Positions 30,241-48,492 of a stretch of 64,000 nt of DNA are shown here, piece by piece. Source of the DNA: the human T2T-CHM13v2.0 reference genome, Homo sapiens; NCBI RefSeq assembly GCF_009914755.1, contig NC_060937.1. One strand, given 5' to 3'. Within the stretch, counting starts at the first letter, position 1. Each line of letters starts with the position of its first letter. The notes under the pieces are model-generated. The model saw only the letters and a program-made list of their open reading frames with translations. It was not told the DNA's origin and did no database searches. A program made the position numbers and the translations under genes.

Positions 30241-30840
30241 TAAATTGCCTTACCCTTACAGAAGTCATGTGTGTATTTGGTTCTTTGGAATCTGCCATGC
30301 CATTTACCCTACACATCATACTTTATATGACTGCAACACATACTTCACACCTATCTAAGACTCACTGACTCAAGAGTTCACCAAAACTCTCTACCACTGG
30401 AGCTGGCCAATGCACGACAGCCTTTTGTGGGTGAATTTCTTTTAAATTCAACTCTACTGTGTAGGCATTCCTCCTCCTAATCCCAACTATGGCCCACTTC
30501 CTGGATCTCTCCATCACGTCTTTCCTTTCACCCATCATGCTAGTCTTTCCTGTCCATGGGACACAGGCTAGTAGCTGTGGGTCTAAGGAAGGTCTGCATC
30601 CAATGAGGTGCTGTGCTTGTGTTTGTGTTTTAGCACCAACCTCATATGTTGACAGAGCTCTGAAGTGTGAGGGACAAGTCCATGTTCCATTAGCTCTGTT
30701 CTTTTCTGCCCAGGGCTTCCCTGCTCCTTGTCAGCTGCTATCTCCTCCATATTGCAAATAGGATTTTCTCCTCCCTTCTGTCAATCTGGTACGCTCTCAA
30801 ACTCAGGAAATCTGAGTCCTTTAAGAAGCTGCGAAATCTC

Positions 30841-31746
30841 GGAGGAGGAGCCAAGATGGCCGAACAGGAACAGCTCCGTTCTACAGCTCCCAGCGTGAGC
30901 GACGCGGAAGACAGTGATTTCTGCATTTCCATCTGAGGTACTGGGTTCATCTCACTAGGGAGTGCCAGACAGTGGGCGCAGGTCAGTGGGTGCGCGCACC
31001 GTGCGCGAGCCGAAGCAGGGCGAGGCATTGCCTCACTTGGGAAGTGCAAGGGGTCAGGGAGTTCCCTTTCCGAGTCAAAGAAAGGGGTGACAGACGGCAC
31101 CTGGAAAATCGGGTCACTCCCACCCGAATATTGCGCTTTTCTGAGGGGCTTAAAAAACGGTGCACCGCGAGATTATATCCCGCACCTGTCTTGGAGGGTC
31201 CTACGCCCACGGAGTCTCGCTGATTGCTAGCACAGCAGTCTGAGATCAAACTGCAAGGCGGCAGCGAGGCTGGGGGAGGGGCGCCCGCCATTGCCCAGGC
31301 TTGATTAGGTAAACAAAGCAGCCGGGAAGCTCGAACTGGGCGGAGCCCACCACAGCTCAAGGAGGCCTGCCTGCCTCTGTAGGCTCCACCTCTGGGGGCA
31401 GGGCACAGACAAACAAAAAGACAGCAGTAACCTCTGCAGACTTAAATGTCCCTGTCTGACAGCTTTGAAGAGAGCAGTGGTTCTCCCAGCACGCAGCTGG
31501 AGATCTGAGAACGGGCAGACTGCCTCCTCAAGTGGGTCCCTGACCCCTGACCCCTGAGCAGCCTAACTGGGAGGCACCCCCCAGCAGGGGCACACTGACA
31601 CCTCACATGGCAGGGTATTCCAACAGACCTGCAGCTGAGGGTCCTGTCTGTTAGAAAGAAAACTAACAAACAGAAAGGACATCCACACCAAAAACCCATC
31701 TGTACATCACCATCATCAAAGACCAAAAGTAGATAAAACCACAAAG
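30841..31746. promoter_or_regulatory. L1 5'UTR: sense promoter (YY1 site caagatggccg) and antisense promoter, CpG-rich
   Basis: Established L1 5'UTR architecture; many CpGs retained. Confidence 0.8.
30983..31291 (-). CDS. L1 ORF0 (antisense), MAGAPPPASLPPCSLISDCC..., 102 aa here
   Basis: ATG at 31291; donor sites after ORF0 nt 106 (31186) and nt 191 (31101) are intact. Confidence 0.7.
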   Translation of the reverse strand: MAGAPPPASLPPCSLISDCCASNQRDSVGVGPSKTGAGYNLAVHRFLSPSEKRNIRVGVTRFSRCRLSPLSLTRKGNSLTPCTSQVRQCLALLRLAHGARTH

Positions 31747-32761
31747 ATGGGGAAAAAACAGAACAGAAAAACTGGAAACTCTAGAAAGCAGAGCGCCTCT
31801 CCTCCTCCAAAGGAACGCAGTTCCTCACCAGCAACGGAACAAAGCTGGATGGAGAATGACTTTGACAAGCTGAGAGAAGAAGGCTTCAGACGATCAAATT
31901 ACTCTGAGCTACGGGAGGACATTCAAACCAAAGGCAAAGAAGTTGAAAACTTTGAAAAAAATTTAGAAGAAGGTATAACTAGAATAACCAATACAGAGAA
32001 GTGCTTAAAGGAGCTGACGGAGCTGAAAACCAAGGCTCGAGAACTACGTGAAGAATGCAGAAGCCTCAGGAGCCGATGCGATCAACTGGAAGAAAGGGTA
32101 TCAGCAATGGAAGATGAAATGAATGAAATGAAGCGAGAAGGGAAGTTTAGAGAAAAAAGAATAAAAAGAAATGAGCAAAGCCTCCAAGAAATATGGGACT
32201 ATGAAAAGACCAAATCTACGTCTCATTGGTGTGCCTGAAAGTGATGGGGAGAATGGAACCAAGTTGGAAAAAACACTGCAGGATATTATCCAGGAGAACT
32301 TCCCCAATCTAGCAAGGCAGGCCAACGTTCAGATTCAGGAAATACAGAGAACGCCACAAAGATACTCCTCGAGAAGAGCAACTCCAAGACACATAATTGT
32401 CAGATTCACCAAAGTTGAAATGAAGGAAAAAATGTTCAGGGCAGCCAGAAAGAAAGGTCGGGTTACCCTCAAACAGAAGCCCATCAGACTAACAGCAGAT
32501 CTCTTGGCAGAAACCCTACAAGCCAGAAGAGAGTGGGGGCCAATATTCAACATTCTTAAAGAAAAGAATTTTCAACCCAGAATTTCATATCCAGCCAAAC
32601 TAAGCTTCATAAGCGAAGGAGAAATAAAATACTTTACAGACAAGCAAATGCTGAGAGATTTTGTCACCACCAGGCCTACCCTAAAAGAGCTCCTGAAGGA
32701 AGCGCTAAATATGGAAAGGAACAACCGGTACCAGCCACTGCAAAATCATGCCAAAACGTAA
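31747..32761 (+). pseudogene. L1 ORF1p, frameshifted near 32200
   Basis: MGKKQNRKTGNS... is split into ORFs 31747-32238 and 32171-32761. Confidence 0.92.
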
Positions 32762-32797
32762 AGACCATCGAGACTAGGAAGAAACTGCATCAACTAA

Positions 32798-36647
<3,850 letters not shown>

Positions 36648-37277
36648 ACAATGAGATCACATGGACACAGGAAGGGGAATATCACACTCTGGGGACTGTT
36701 GTAGGGTAGGGGGAGGGGGGAGGGATAGCACTGGGAGATATACCTAATGCTAGATGATGAGTTAGTGGGTGCAGCGCACCAGCATGGCACATGTATACAT
36801 ATGTAACTAACCTGCACAATGTGCACATGTACCCTAAAACTTAAAGTATAATTTTAAAAAATAAAAATAAAAATAAAAATAAATCTCTCTTGTTGAAGCC
36901 AAAAAAAAAAAAAGAAGCTGCTTACTAGGAACTAAGGGTGACAAATACACTAACAGGAAGCAGCAGCCCTCCTGTGACCTGCTCCTTTTCCTATGACTCC
37001 ATTAGAAAAGGATGCAATGTTACCTACAAAGGCTACATTGAAAAGAATTGGAAACCCTGTTAAAAGCTTCTCAGAATAAACTCCACAAATGTCCGTCCAT
37101 CTGTCTCCTTGTATGTTTCCACTGTGTGCATGGGTTAGTGGATGTGTTTGGGAGAAGTGTGTATGGATGGATGCATGGATGCATGGATGGATATATTTGT
37201 TTATGTGCCTGTGTGTGTGAATACTTCTATGCTCAGTTATAATTAGATAAATAAAGACACATGTATGCATAACTCAC

Positions 37278-37331
37278 CTTTCATTCATACGTGCCTCTGG
37301 GTTCACTCCTGATAATTCATTTGTGGGTGGA
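37278..37331 (-). CDS. TPTE2: TPTE2 exon with the canonical start (ATG at 37288, MNE(S)); itself a 54-nt repeat micro-exon, PPTNELSGVNPEARMNES
   Basis: cctctag acceptor, AG|gtgagt donor; ATG AAT GAA AG. Confidence 0.9.
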
Positions 37332-37877
37332 CTAGAGGATGACAAAAGAATACAGTCAGACAGGAGACACAATTCAAAATTTACTTTTCTCGTAAAACTA
37401 GCTTTCATTACTCTGCACATAAACCAGTTAAGTTTTGACTATTCATGTGTATAGCACTATTTGGTCTGAAATGTCATTTTTTTATTAGAAAGGAGGCAAC
37501 CAACAAGATGGCAACCAACATCTTAGGCTGGGGAAAATAGTAATACTTTCAGATTTAAATAAACCTCTTTATTATGACCTCAGTCCCAATGCGTGACAGC
37601 CTTTGTGGTGGCAGTTATTTCAAACTAAACTTTTGTGTGGAGGTAGTCAGCCCTCTTATTCCACTAAATGTGCTGCCTTGAAAGCCCTCCATTACTTCTT
37701 CATTTGATTGTCTCTCTTGGTCCACAAGTAGGGTAAAGTAACTGCAGGTCTGAGTCAAGGACACAATCCAATATGATGGTATTTGGGGTTTGGAGTACCA
37801 CCCTATATTGTGGCAGAGTTCTGCAGGGTCAAAAACATTTCTAGGGTTGTTAGCTTTTTTCTCTTCTCCTGAGGAGT

Positions 37878-38093
37878 TCTGCCTCCCGGGTTCACGCCAT
37901 TCTCCTGCCTCAGCCTCCTGAGTACCTGGGACTACAGGCGCCCGCCACCACGCCCGGCTAATTTTTTGTATTTTTAGTAGAGATGGGGTTTCACCGTGTT
38001 AGCCAGGATGGGCTCGATCTCCTGATCTCGTGATCCACCCGCCTCGGCCTCCCAAAGTGCTGGGATTACAGGCATGAGCCACCACGCCCGGCC
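37878..38093 (-). mobile_element. AluY-like, tail end missing
   Basis: gggttcacgccattctcc; no poly-T on the left. Confidence 0.85.
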
Positions 38094-38119
38094 TCTATAT
38101 TGATTTATTTATGTCTCAC

Positions 38120-38173
38120 AGTTCACTGATAGCTCCACTCCAGGGTACTGATTTGAATTTAGACTTGGCAGCG
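38120..38173 (-). other. Candidate 54-nt micro-exon AAKSKFKSVPWSGAISE
   Basis: ttctgtag acceptor, CT|gtgaga donor, open in phase 2. Confidence 0.5.
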
Positions 38174-39008
38174 CTACAGAATTTAAATATATATATGTAT
38201 CGTCCAACACCAATATGACATCCTAGACTTCACTTTCTGGTTTGAATTACTCACAAGCGATGTTTAGTTCTTTACAATTGAAGGAAGCACAAACTAAGCA
38301 TTTGGTGGTTTATTTCAAATTCAGCTGCAGTTTCTATGTACAAATCCCCTTGACCTCATCTCATTTCCTGACACTAAAATCCCTTCATCAGTGCCTTCTT
38401 TTCACCATCATGGGTGTCTTCTCTGCTCTCACACAGGGTCAAGAAACTGCCCCATACAATGTGATGATGGGTGTGGGCTTGTAGTGTTAGCCTCACATGG
38501 TGGTAGAGCTCTGGGTGTGAGGAACCCTGCCAGGGCCATTAGCTCTGTTTTTTTTCCCCGAGGGCTCCACTGCTCCCTGTCCACTGCTACTCGCTTGTTG
38601 CTCTGCATAGGGTTTTCTTCCCTTGGTCCACTCTAGTATGTCTCATACACAGGAAATCTGACTTTCCTAAGTATGTGCCTGCTACTAAGGGTGACAAGAC
38701 AATAACAAGAAGTTTCCCTTTTTTGCCCTGTTCCTTTTTTATCCAATTTAATCAAAAAGTTGGATAAGAGACCTGCAGGGCCTATAGTGAGGAGATTTAT
38801 AAATGGTGTAAAAGACATTCTGTATGGCCATGGATGATCCTGAGAGTAAAGCACATAATCTTCATCTCTCTTTCTGTTGTTTCTCTCTCTCTTTTCTCTT
38901 TCTCTCCCTTTCTCTCTCTCCCTGTGTTTGTGTGTCTAGATAGACAGAAGTAGTATATCTGCACATACATTTCTTTACATATTTGTGTACACATATTTTA
39001 TAATTCAC

Positions 39009-39059
39009 ATTTCATTGGTGGTTCTATCACAGTTCATTGATGTCAATTCTGTATGCAGG
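39009..39059 (-). other. Candidate 51-nt micro-exon LHTELTSMNCDRTTNE
   Basis: cctttag acceptor, AT|gtgaat donor (weak), open in phase 2. Confidence 0.5.
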
Positions 39060-39189
39060 CTAAAGGAATATAAAAGTAGATAGTTGGACACACATATAAT
39101 TCTAAACTTACTTTTTGGATCAAACAGCTACAGTTACTCTATAATGTACTATCTGGTTGATATTTAAATATTCATGTGTATATCACTAA

Positions 39190-39493
<304 letters not shown>

Positions 39494-40051
39494 CAGTGGC
39501 ATTTATTTCTAATGTAACTGCAGTCTGTAAGGAAACATGCCTCTTACCCCATCTAAATTCTTGATTCCTAAGTCCTTCTGTCACTTCTTTACTTTCACCC
39601 ATCATGGCTGTCTTTCCTGCCCAGAAGATATGACCATGTAGCTGTAGCCCTGAGTCAGAACTCCCTACAAAATGATTGTGGGTTTGGGTTTGGTTTGGGG
39701 CACCAGCCTCACATGGTGGTAGAACTCTAGAGGGTGAGGAACCCATTAAGGTTTCATGAACTCTGTTCTTTTTGCTGAGTGCTTCACTCCTCCCTGTTAC
39801 CTGTTACCTCCTCATTGCTCCAAATAGGATTCTCTCTCCCTTTGGCCCACTCTAGTAGTAGGAGAGTCTCATAAATGGAAAACCTCAGAGGTTCGTTCCT
39901 AAGGGATTGGATACCACCAACTTAGAGTGACAAATATACTAAGAGGAAGAAGCATCCCTTTCATGACTTCGTCCTCTTTTATCCAATTTGGTCTGAAAAA
40001 AAAAAATAGAAGGTTATCTATAGATCCTACAGTGAGAAGATTTAGACATAG

Positions 40052-40548
<497 letters not shown>

Positions 40549-40557
40549 TTAACTCAC

Positions 40558-40611
40558 ATTTCATGGGTGGCTCTCTCATAGGTTACTACCATCAACTCAA
40601 TTGGCTGTGGG
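40558..40611 (-). other. Candidate 54-nt micro-exon PQPIELMVVTYERATHE
   Basis: ttcctcag acceptor, AT|gtgagt donor, open in phase 2. Confidence 0.55.
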
Positions 40612-40699
40612 CTGAGGAATTATAAAAGCATATTATTCAGATACAAACATAATTTGGACTTACACTTTTGGTCAAATAGCTGCAGTTACTCTAGACATG

Positions 40700-40915
40700 A
40701 GTCTACCTGCCAAGGAATGCCAAAGATTGCCAACAACCAGCAAAAGCTAGCAAAGAGGTATCAAGCAGATTCTTCCTTATAGCCTTCATAAAAAGCCAAC
40801 CCTACTGACAACCTCAATTTCAGATTTCTAGTCTCTAGGACTATGAGATGATTAATTTTTGTTTAAGCCACTTGGTTTGTGATACTTTGTTAAAGCAGCC
40901 CTAGAAACTAATATA
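40700..40915 (+). mobile_element. MLT1 (MaLR) LTR fragment
   Basis: gccaaggaatgccaaagattgcc...ttgtttaagccac...tactttgttaaagcagccctagaaactaata. Confidence 0.75.
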
Positions 40916-41162
40916 GCCCAACCTGGTAGAATCTCATACACAGGCAATCCAACAGTTTTCTAAAAGTTTTGGCTACTAGTCAACTCAGCTAGGAAGAAGA
41001 AGTAGACTTCTTGTGATCTATTTATCTTGTATCCAACTAGACCCAAAAAGAAAAGGATGTTACATACAGAAGCTGAAACTACCAGTACTTTAGAAACAGT
41101 GTCCAAGAAAGTCTATATTTAACATTTGCGTGTATCTTTATGAACATACACACACACAACAC

Positions 41163-41258
41163 CTTTTGCTGATGACTCCATTATAGGCTAGTGATATCAT
41201 TTCACTATCACTGAGGACTCCATCATGTGATAGTGATATCACTTCATTTGGGTCAGAG
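41163..41258 (-). other. Candidate 96-nt micro-exon SDPNEVISLSHDGVLSDSEMISLAYNGVISK (54 nt plus internal 42-nt duplication)
   Basis: tctttag acceptor, AG|gtgttg donor (weak), open in phase 2. Confidence 0.5.
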
Positions 41259-41639
41259 CTAAAGAATTAAACTAAATTGTACACAATCAAATACCATGTG
41301 AATTTGTAGGCTTAATTTTTATTCAAATTAGCTACAATAACCCTACAACTAATAAACTAGCTGTTCTAAAAAAAAAAAAAAAAAAAAAAAAACACATGCA
41401 ATTTAGCCATTTGGAAACAATAGTGACCATCCCTGCCTGTCTCCATAGACAACAACAGCAACTACCCAGGAGTAGTTACAGTAAAATTAGGAGAGCATTA
41501 GGCTGGCTGATGAAAACAGGGAAGGGCTGAAGAGCCATCCTTGGGCCTTCACTCCTCCACCTGCCTCCATCTCCAAAGTCCAGGTTACAAACCAGAGAGA
41601 TTGTCTCCTCCAATGCTGCTTTGTTCAGGAGCTTCAGGG

Positions 41640-42062
41640 TGATATAGTTGTTTAATTAAACGAAATTTTCCCTGAGGTTGCCTCTGTGCTTGAGTCCTTA
41701 TGCAACAAACTGCAAGCTAACCCAGTGTGTAAACTAACAGCATAATTATGAATAGAATATACACTTGTAACAGATAGCTGTGTCTCAGTCAATTACAGCA
41801 GCTGAGCTTCAGTCAATTGCGGGTGGCTGACTGATTCAAATAAGACGAAACATCCAGCTGTACCCAGTTGTAACCAACAAAGCTGTTTCTGGACCTCACT
41901 TCCGTTTTCTGTCCATAATGCTGTCTGGCCACATTGCCAGCTTTTGCCAGCTTGCAGTTCTCAGAACTTGTTCTCGTTCTAAAAGCTTCCCAACTCACGA
42001 ATCATTCTTGCACTATTAAACTCTGTTAAATTTGCCTTGTCTAAAGTTTTTCCTTTTCACAA
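41640..42062 (+). mobile_element. ERV1-class solo LTR (MER31/MER57-like)
   Basis: tgtaaccaa...ctgtttct..acctcacttccgttttctgt...taaactctgttaaattt...gtctaaagttttt. Confidence 0.6.
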
Positions 42063-42329
42063 CCCAGAGGAGTTGCCTGGTCAGTGTTTCATGGTTCCTG
42101 AGACTCTCTACCCTGGGGCACATCACTTCTCTTCATTTTAAACTTACTGACAATGACACGGCTTACGTCCTAGATTTCAGTGAGACTGACTATATAATTC
42201 CTGCCCAAACCAGGACACTTTTGAAAGGAAAAAGTGGGTGCTATTAATAATTATGTTGCAAGAACAGCAGCAGACTTTGTCCTTCAGTCCTTCTCCAGTA
42301 CAAATGACCAGACAGAGTAGCCAACAACC

Positions 42330-45300
42330 ACACAAAATCTGAGTTCACAAACCAACATGATTAGATACCTGAGGAATACAACTACTGAAAAAGAAATACA
42401 ACAAGCTGAACAACAGCATACCAACTGTAGCAAAACTACTGGAACACACTGACCAAGATTTTAAAGTAAGCATGACAAATATTCTTAAGGATAAGAGGAC
42501 ACAAAGGAAGATGTTGAAACATGAAATGAGAATGGGAGTCGTAAGAAAAAATAAAAGAGAAAGCCTTAACTGTAAAAGTATGACTGTCAAAAAATATAAA
42601 TTGTTGAGGGATAAATAGTAGTTTGGATACATGTGAAAAGCTAATTAATTTAGAGTTAGAAGGTTAGATTGAGAAGATTGAGGAACTTACCCAGAAAATA
42701 GTAGAAAAGAATAAAGAGAACATACTAAAGAAAAGAAGAATGTTATGGAGGATAAAAACAGCTATCTAACATCTAGAATATGGAAATCTAAGAAGAAATG
42801 AAAACTAAAACTGCAAAATGTGAAAATTTATGATGATAAATTTCCCAGAATTCAAGAAAGAAGAAATAAATCAGCTTTAAGTATCTAATGGAGACAAAGA
42901 GAAAATTCTAACACCTTCTAGAAAGAGCAAAAGACCTATGAGGGCACAAGGACAGACCAACATCATAGCTCTCCGTACCATAAAGAAAGCTTCCACAGGA
43001 TAAAGTCCACAGGATCAATATCATATTGCTGTTCTCTGAATATATTGTAATATGATTAGCTTTTTTAAAAAAACCCACATTTGAAACTAAATTATACATT
43101 ACTGAATACCTCTTATGTTAAAAGGGAAATCACGAAATATTTTAAATACTAAGAACTGATTGATAATAACATGACAAAGTTTGTAGGATACAATGAAGCA
43201 ATATTTAGAAGAAAATTTACTGATATATAAGCATTAATAAGAAGTCAAGATGGTTAAAAGCAAAGAGTACACATTTAAGTAGAAAGGTTGGAAAAGAAGC
43301 ACAGGGCAAAGTCTATGGAGTAATAAGGAAGCAAAACATAAGGAGGTAAGCATAAGTCACTGAACTGGAGAAGAAAAAACTGTGGAGAAGATTAACAAAA
43401 CAAAAGTGTGTCTCTTTGAAAAGATTACTACAATAGACCTGTGGCAATAATAATCAAGAACAAACAGAGTGAATATCCAAATACAATGTACAAGAAGGGA
43501 GCATAACTATAACACAACTAAAATTTTTTAAAATGAGATTATTCAATTATATGTTAATAAATGTGAAAACTTGGATGGAATGGAAAAATTCCTAGACAAA
43601 TATAAAACACTAACATTAGTGCAAGAAAATATATTTATATAGAAATAGAATACTCAAGTAACAAAGAAATCAACCTAGTATTTAAAGGCTTTCCCTCTCC
43701 CAAACACCACAGGGCCCACATAGGTATTTTTCAAAATTTTTTAGAATATTGACATACTTACTACAAAATCTATGTCAACATATAAAGGCTCCATTAATAA
43801 CTAATTGCGGTAATAAAAAAAGGTGTAGGGATGCCATAAGTATCAATGGAGCAAAATATTGAGCTCAGAGATAAACCTATGTAGATATATGTCATTGATG
43901 ATGATTATATAAACAAGGAAAAAGGATGAACTGTTTCATAGGTGGTATTTGGAAAATCAGCCTACCATTGGGAGAAAAATGAAACCAAATCCCTACCTAA
44001 CACCATATTTAAGGGTAAACTCTGAGTAGATTAAAAGCATTAAATGTGTAAATTAAAACTATGAGGATTAGAAATTACCTTTGTAGACTGAAAGTGGGAA
44101 AATTTCAAACTTCAAAAGTAAAATAATAAGGCAAAAAGTTCTGTCATGAAGAGAATGAAGAACAACAATGCCAAAGCTAACAGGCAGATGACCTATTGGA
44201 GAACATAACTTCAATGTCTAAAACTGACATGAAGGATGATTTGAATACATAAAGCGATAGTCCAAACTTTTGAATGGGATTCCATGCATCTGAGTCTGTT
44301 TAGTGTTGCCATAAGGGATACCTGAGGCTGGGTAATTTATAAAGAAAAGAGGTTTATTTGGCTCACAGTTGTGTGCTGCACAAGAAGCCTGATGCCAACA
44401 TCTGCTTCTGAGGCTGCTCCCATTTATGGTGGAAGATAGACGAAGGGGAACTGACACGTGCAGAGATCAAATGGCAAGAGGGAAAGCAAGGTGGGGGAAA
44501 CCACTGGTCTCTTTTTAAACCAACAGCTCTTGCAAGAACTAATAGACTGAGTACTCACTCACCCTCACTCCCAGGGAGGGAATTAATCTATTCATCTTCC
44601 AAACACCTTCCATTAGGCCCCACCTCCAACATTGGGGATCAAATTTCAACATGCGGTTTGGGGGTACAAACCTCCAAACAATAGCACCACGTTTTTAATG
44701 TTACTAAAAAGAGTGAATTCTTGCTATATTGTTTACAAATGTAACATAATCACTTTGAAAATTAAACATAATTTTAAAAGAAATTTGATGAACTTATTCT
44801 AAAATATAAAATATTCAAAAACAACACATGTAAATTAACAAGACAAAGACAGGAACACTAGTGGAAAAATGGGCTAAGTTCATGAATGGACCATTACAGA
44901 AGAAATCCCAAATGCTATAAGAACATAAAATGATGCTCAAATTCATAAGTTATCACATAAATTCAAAGTAAAACATAATGCAATATGTTACCATCTATTA
45001 GATTGATTATATAAATTGGAAAGTTTGATTATGTCAAGTGTTGTTGTGAATGTGTATGTGTAGGAACCATCATGCATTACTGACGAGATGCAGACTGGTG
45101 TAACCATTGGGAGAGCAATAGGCAGTATTCAGTCAAATTCAAAATGTGCAGTCTCATGGCCCATCAAGTCCTGTTTCATATTCCTACAGAACTACTCAAA
45201 CAGGTCTATAGGGGTCTGGCATAAGGATAATCATTTGGCGGCAGTCTTTGCGAAGGCAAATGGTAGGAAGCAATATATGTGTTCCTCACTAGGGGATGCA

Positions 45301-45500
45301 TGCTGTGGAATTTTTCATACCAGTTAAAAGCAACAACAAAAGGTATGCACAAGAAGAATAATCTTATGTTACTAAGCAAAAAACTAACAAAATGAGATAC
45401 AACTTAATACCATTTAAGTAAATTTAAAAACATATAGGCAAAACAATACATAGTTTACAGAACACATATAAATGTATATACTGTATATTAAACATATGAA
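42330..45500 (+). mobile_element. Highly decayed old L1 (L1MC/ME-like)
   Basis: A-rich ORF1/ORF2-like remnants (ggaaaaattcctagacaaatataa; ccctacctaacaccatat). Confidence 0.55.
44290..44685. mobile_element. MST (MaLR) solo LTR
   Basis: tacctgaggctgggtaatttataaagaaaagaggtttatttggctcacagtt...ggccccacctccaacattggggatcaaatttcaacatg. Confidence 0.85.
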
Positions 45501-46631
45501 AATTGTTGCATATATGCATATATCTGTATATGTCAATATGTATATCTGTACTCTCATCTAGGTATTAAAAAGGCCTACAAGTAGCAATGAGCCAATGGCA
45601 ATGAGCATACCAAATGCAAAATATTGGTTTCTAAAGGGCATCAGGTTCTTTGGGTAAACGGCTGATTCCAGGGCTGGGGAAATGCTCAAAAAGTGATGGG
45701 AACATGTCAAGCCAAAGGAACACAGGGGCTAGCTTTTAGGGGGTCCCACTGGCCAAATATGGGACCTTTTAAACATCAAAATAAATAATGACAGGAAGGA
45801 TTGTAATTCATTGAAATAATGTAAGAATTTATAAGTTCATAGTAATAGTGAATAAATAGGGGTAGGAATAGCTCTCCTTATAATAGAATGATACTTATTA
45901 AACACAGAAAAACCACTTTTTAAAAAAAAAAATCACCATTTTGTAATGATCACAGTTAAACTGATTCACATAAAAATCAATGAATGCTAAAACTAGTGCA
46001 TGAAAGTTTTATGTGGAACAGGATACTGAACATTGAAGATAGTTCTAACATAGACTGAAAGTATCTCCCCCCAAAGTGGATATTAATTAGAAACTGAATA
46101 ATATTTACTTGTTAGTGAATAAATCTGGCAATACCTCTCAACCACAATAGAGATATGAACCATAAAACAGTGTAATATTCAATAGAGGAGTTACTTAATC
46201 TGAAAGTGGTATTCAAATCCCTCATCTACCCTTTAAAAGGCCATGAAATTATTTCCTGTCATCTCATATAAAAGACGTTGTAATATTCTAAGAGCTTGCA
46301 TTTAGGTTGTCTCTGAAAAGAGTCTGATGAATAACTTGACAATAAGAAAGTGAATGCTGAGATTTTAGAGTGAATAGACATTTTAATCTCATAGTCTACT
46401 TTTTGTTAACTAACTCACCCCTCTCACACTTCAAAAATATCTAAAAGTAGCTGTTAGACATTCTATTAAGTCCTCCTGGTGAAAATGGAAATGTTGGGAG
46501 ATTCCATCTTTACATCATCTTCCTATATCCCACTTTTAAACATTTTTGGCATTGAAACTTATTCTTCAAATGAACTTTTAGATATCACACATGCTTAGTA
46601 AACTTCAAATCTGCAAGTGGTGAATAGATAA

Positions 46632-46940
<309 letters not shown>

Positions 46941-47529
46941 AGAAAACACTTTTGACAAACACACCAGCATTTCCTTTTGTAAAATCCTTGGGCCATATTA
47001 AGGGTATTGTTAAGCTGGCATCTCATAAAGTGTACAGAATAAAACACTAATTTGGGGAGATGTTAAAAGGGAATAGTAACAACAGCAGCAGCGCTTGTTT
47101 TATTTAAATGTAGAAAATTAATTCAAACTATAAAAAAAATTTTGGTGACTATATTGGTAATCTTACGATAAGAAATAACTTTCTGAGTATAACACAAACA
47201 GCATCGGTTATAAAAGTACCAATTATATTTGAACACATGAAGCTTATTATAAAGCTCTATGTAAGGTTGCTGTATTTTACTTCAAACATCAAATGCAAAA
47301 ATATATTAGAGATTTGCCACATGGAGTGGTGATATGACCAATTTATTTGAACAACAAAATTCCTTGAATCTAAAAGATATGGTAAATATGACTTAGCTTA
47401 CTTAAGACCTAACTTTTTAGAAAGAATTTTAGAATCAGTGTCCAGAAAACTATTTTCCCATGAATAATTCTGAGACTGAATTTCACAAACCTGAATTCCT
47501 CCCATCTCCAGTATCTATTATGTCATCAC

Positions 47530-47583
47530 CTTTCATTGTTGACTCCAGCACAGATTTCTGATGTCAATTCATTGGGGTCAGTG
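47530..47583 (-). pseudogene. 54-nt micro-exon copy TDPNELTSEICAGVNNE, acceptor AG lost
   Basis: Preceded by cctttg; donor AG|gtgatg; frame open. Confidence 0.6.
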
Positions 47584-48435
47584 CAAAGGATTGAAAGGTA
47601 AATAGCAAGAAACAACATAAATGCATACACGACTTTTTTTGTTGTTGTTGTTCAAATTGGCTATGATTGCGCTACAAATTACAATGTGTTGTCCCTAAAA
47701 ATTCTCATGTAAATCTATTATTTGGCACCTGGTACTTCATTTTTCTCTGGAAAGAAGTCTTTATGTGTTGGTAATAAAAATTGTTTAGGACTCTCAAAAA
47801 AGTTTAATGAATCAGGATTTAAATACAATTCTTTATTACTGAACCAGATCATGTGTGGCAGCAAATTTAACTTAAATTTGCTTCAAATTCATTCCCATTT
47901 GTAGGCACACGTTATTCTTGCCCATTTTGATTTCCTAATTATCAAGTCCCTCCACCACCTTCATGCTCTTCATGAGTCACAGATATCTTTGCTTCCCCTC
48001 AAATAGGATCAAGTGACTAAACCTGAGGCAGGGGCTCCATCCAATGTGATGATGGCTTTGAGTTTGGGGCACCAGCTCTGAAGGGTGAGGGACAGATACA
48101 GGGTCTCTTAGCTCCTTTCTTGCTGCTGAGGGCTCCTTTGCTGCCTGTCCAATGCTACCACCTTCTTTCTCCAAGCAGGATTCTCTCCTCTCTTGGACCA
48201 CTCTTGAGAGAGTATCATACACAGGCATTCTGATAGTTTCCTAAGGTTTTGGCTGCTAATTACTTGGGGTCACAAACAATCTTTGAGTACCAAGCATCCC
48301 TCTTCTGACCTGATCTTATTTTCTCCACTCTGGTTCAAAAACAATGTTACCAAAGATGCTTAAAGTCTCTGATTGAAAGCTGTTATTGCCATTGATGCTC
48401 CCAGTATTTTTCACCACTTAGATCAGTCAACTCAC

Positions 48436-48492
48436 CCATTGTGGTCATAGTTGTCAGAGCATATAGTAGAATCTGTTAGTGAATCCATAACT
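48436..48492 (-). other. TPTE2: Upstream TPTE2 exon with in-frame ATG (48488): MDSLTDSTICSDNYDHN(G)
   Basis: ctctttggtag acceptor, GG|gtgagt donor, gttATGG context; resembles my recollection of the TPTE mRNA leader. Confidence 0.7.
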
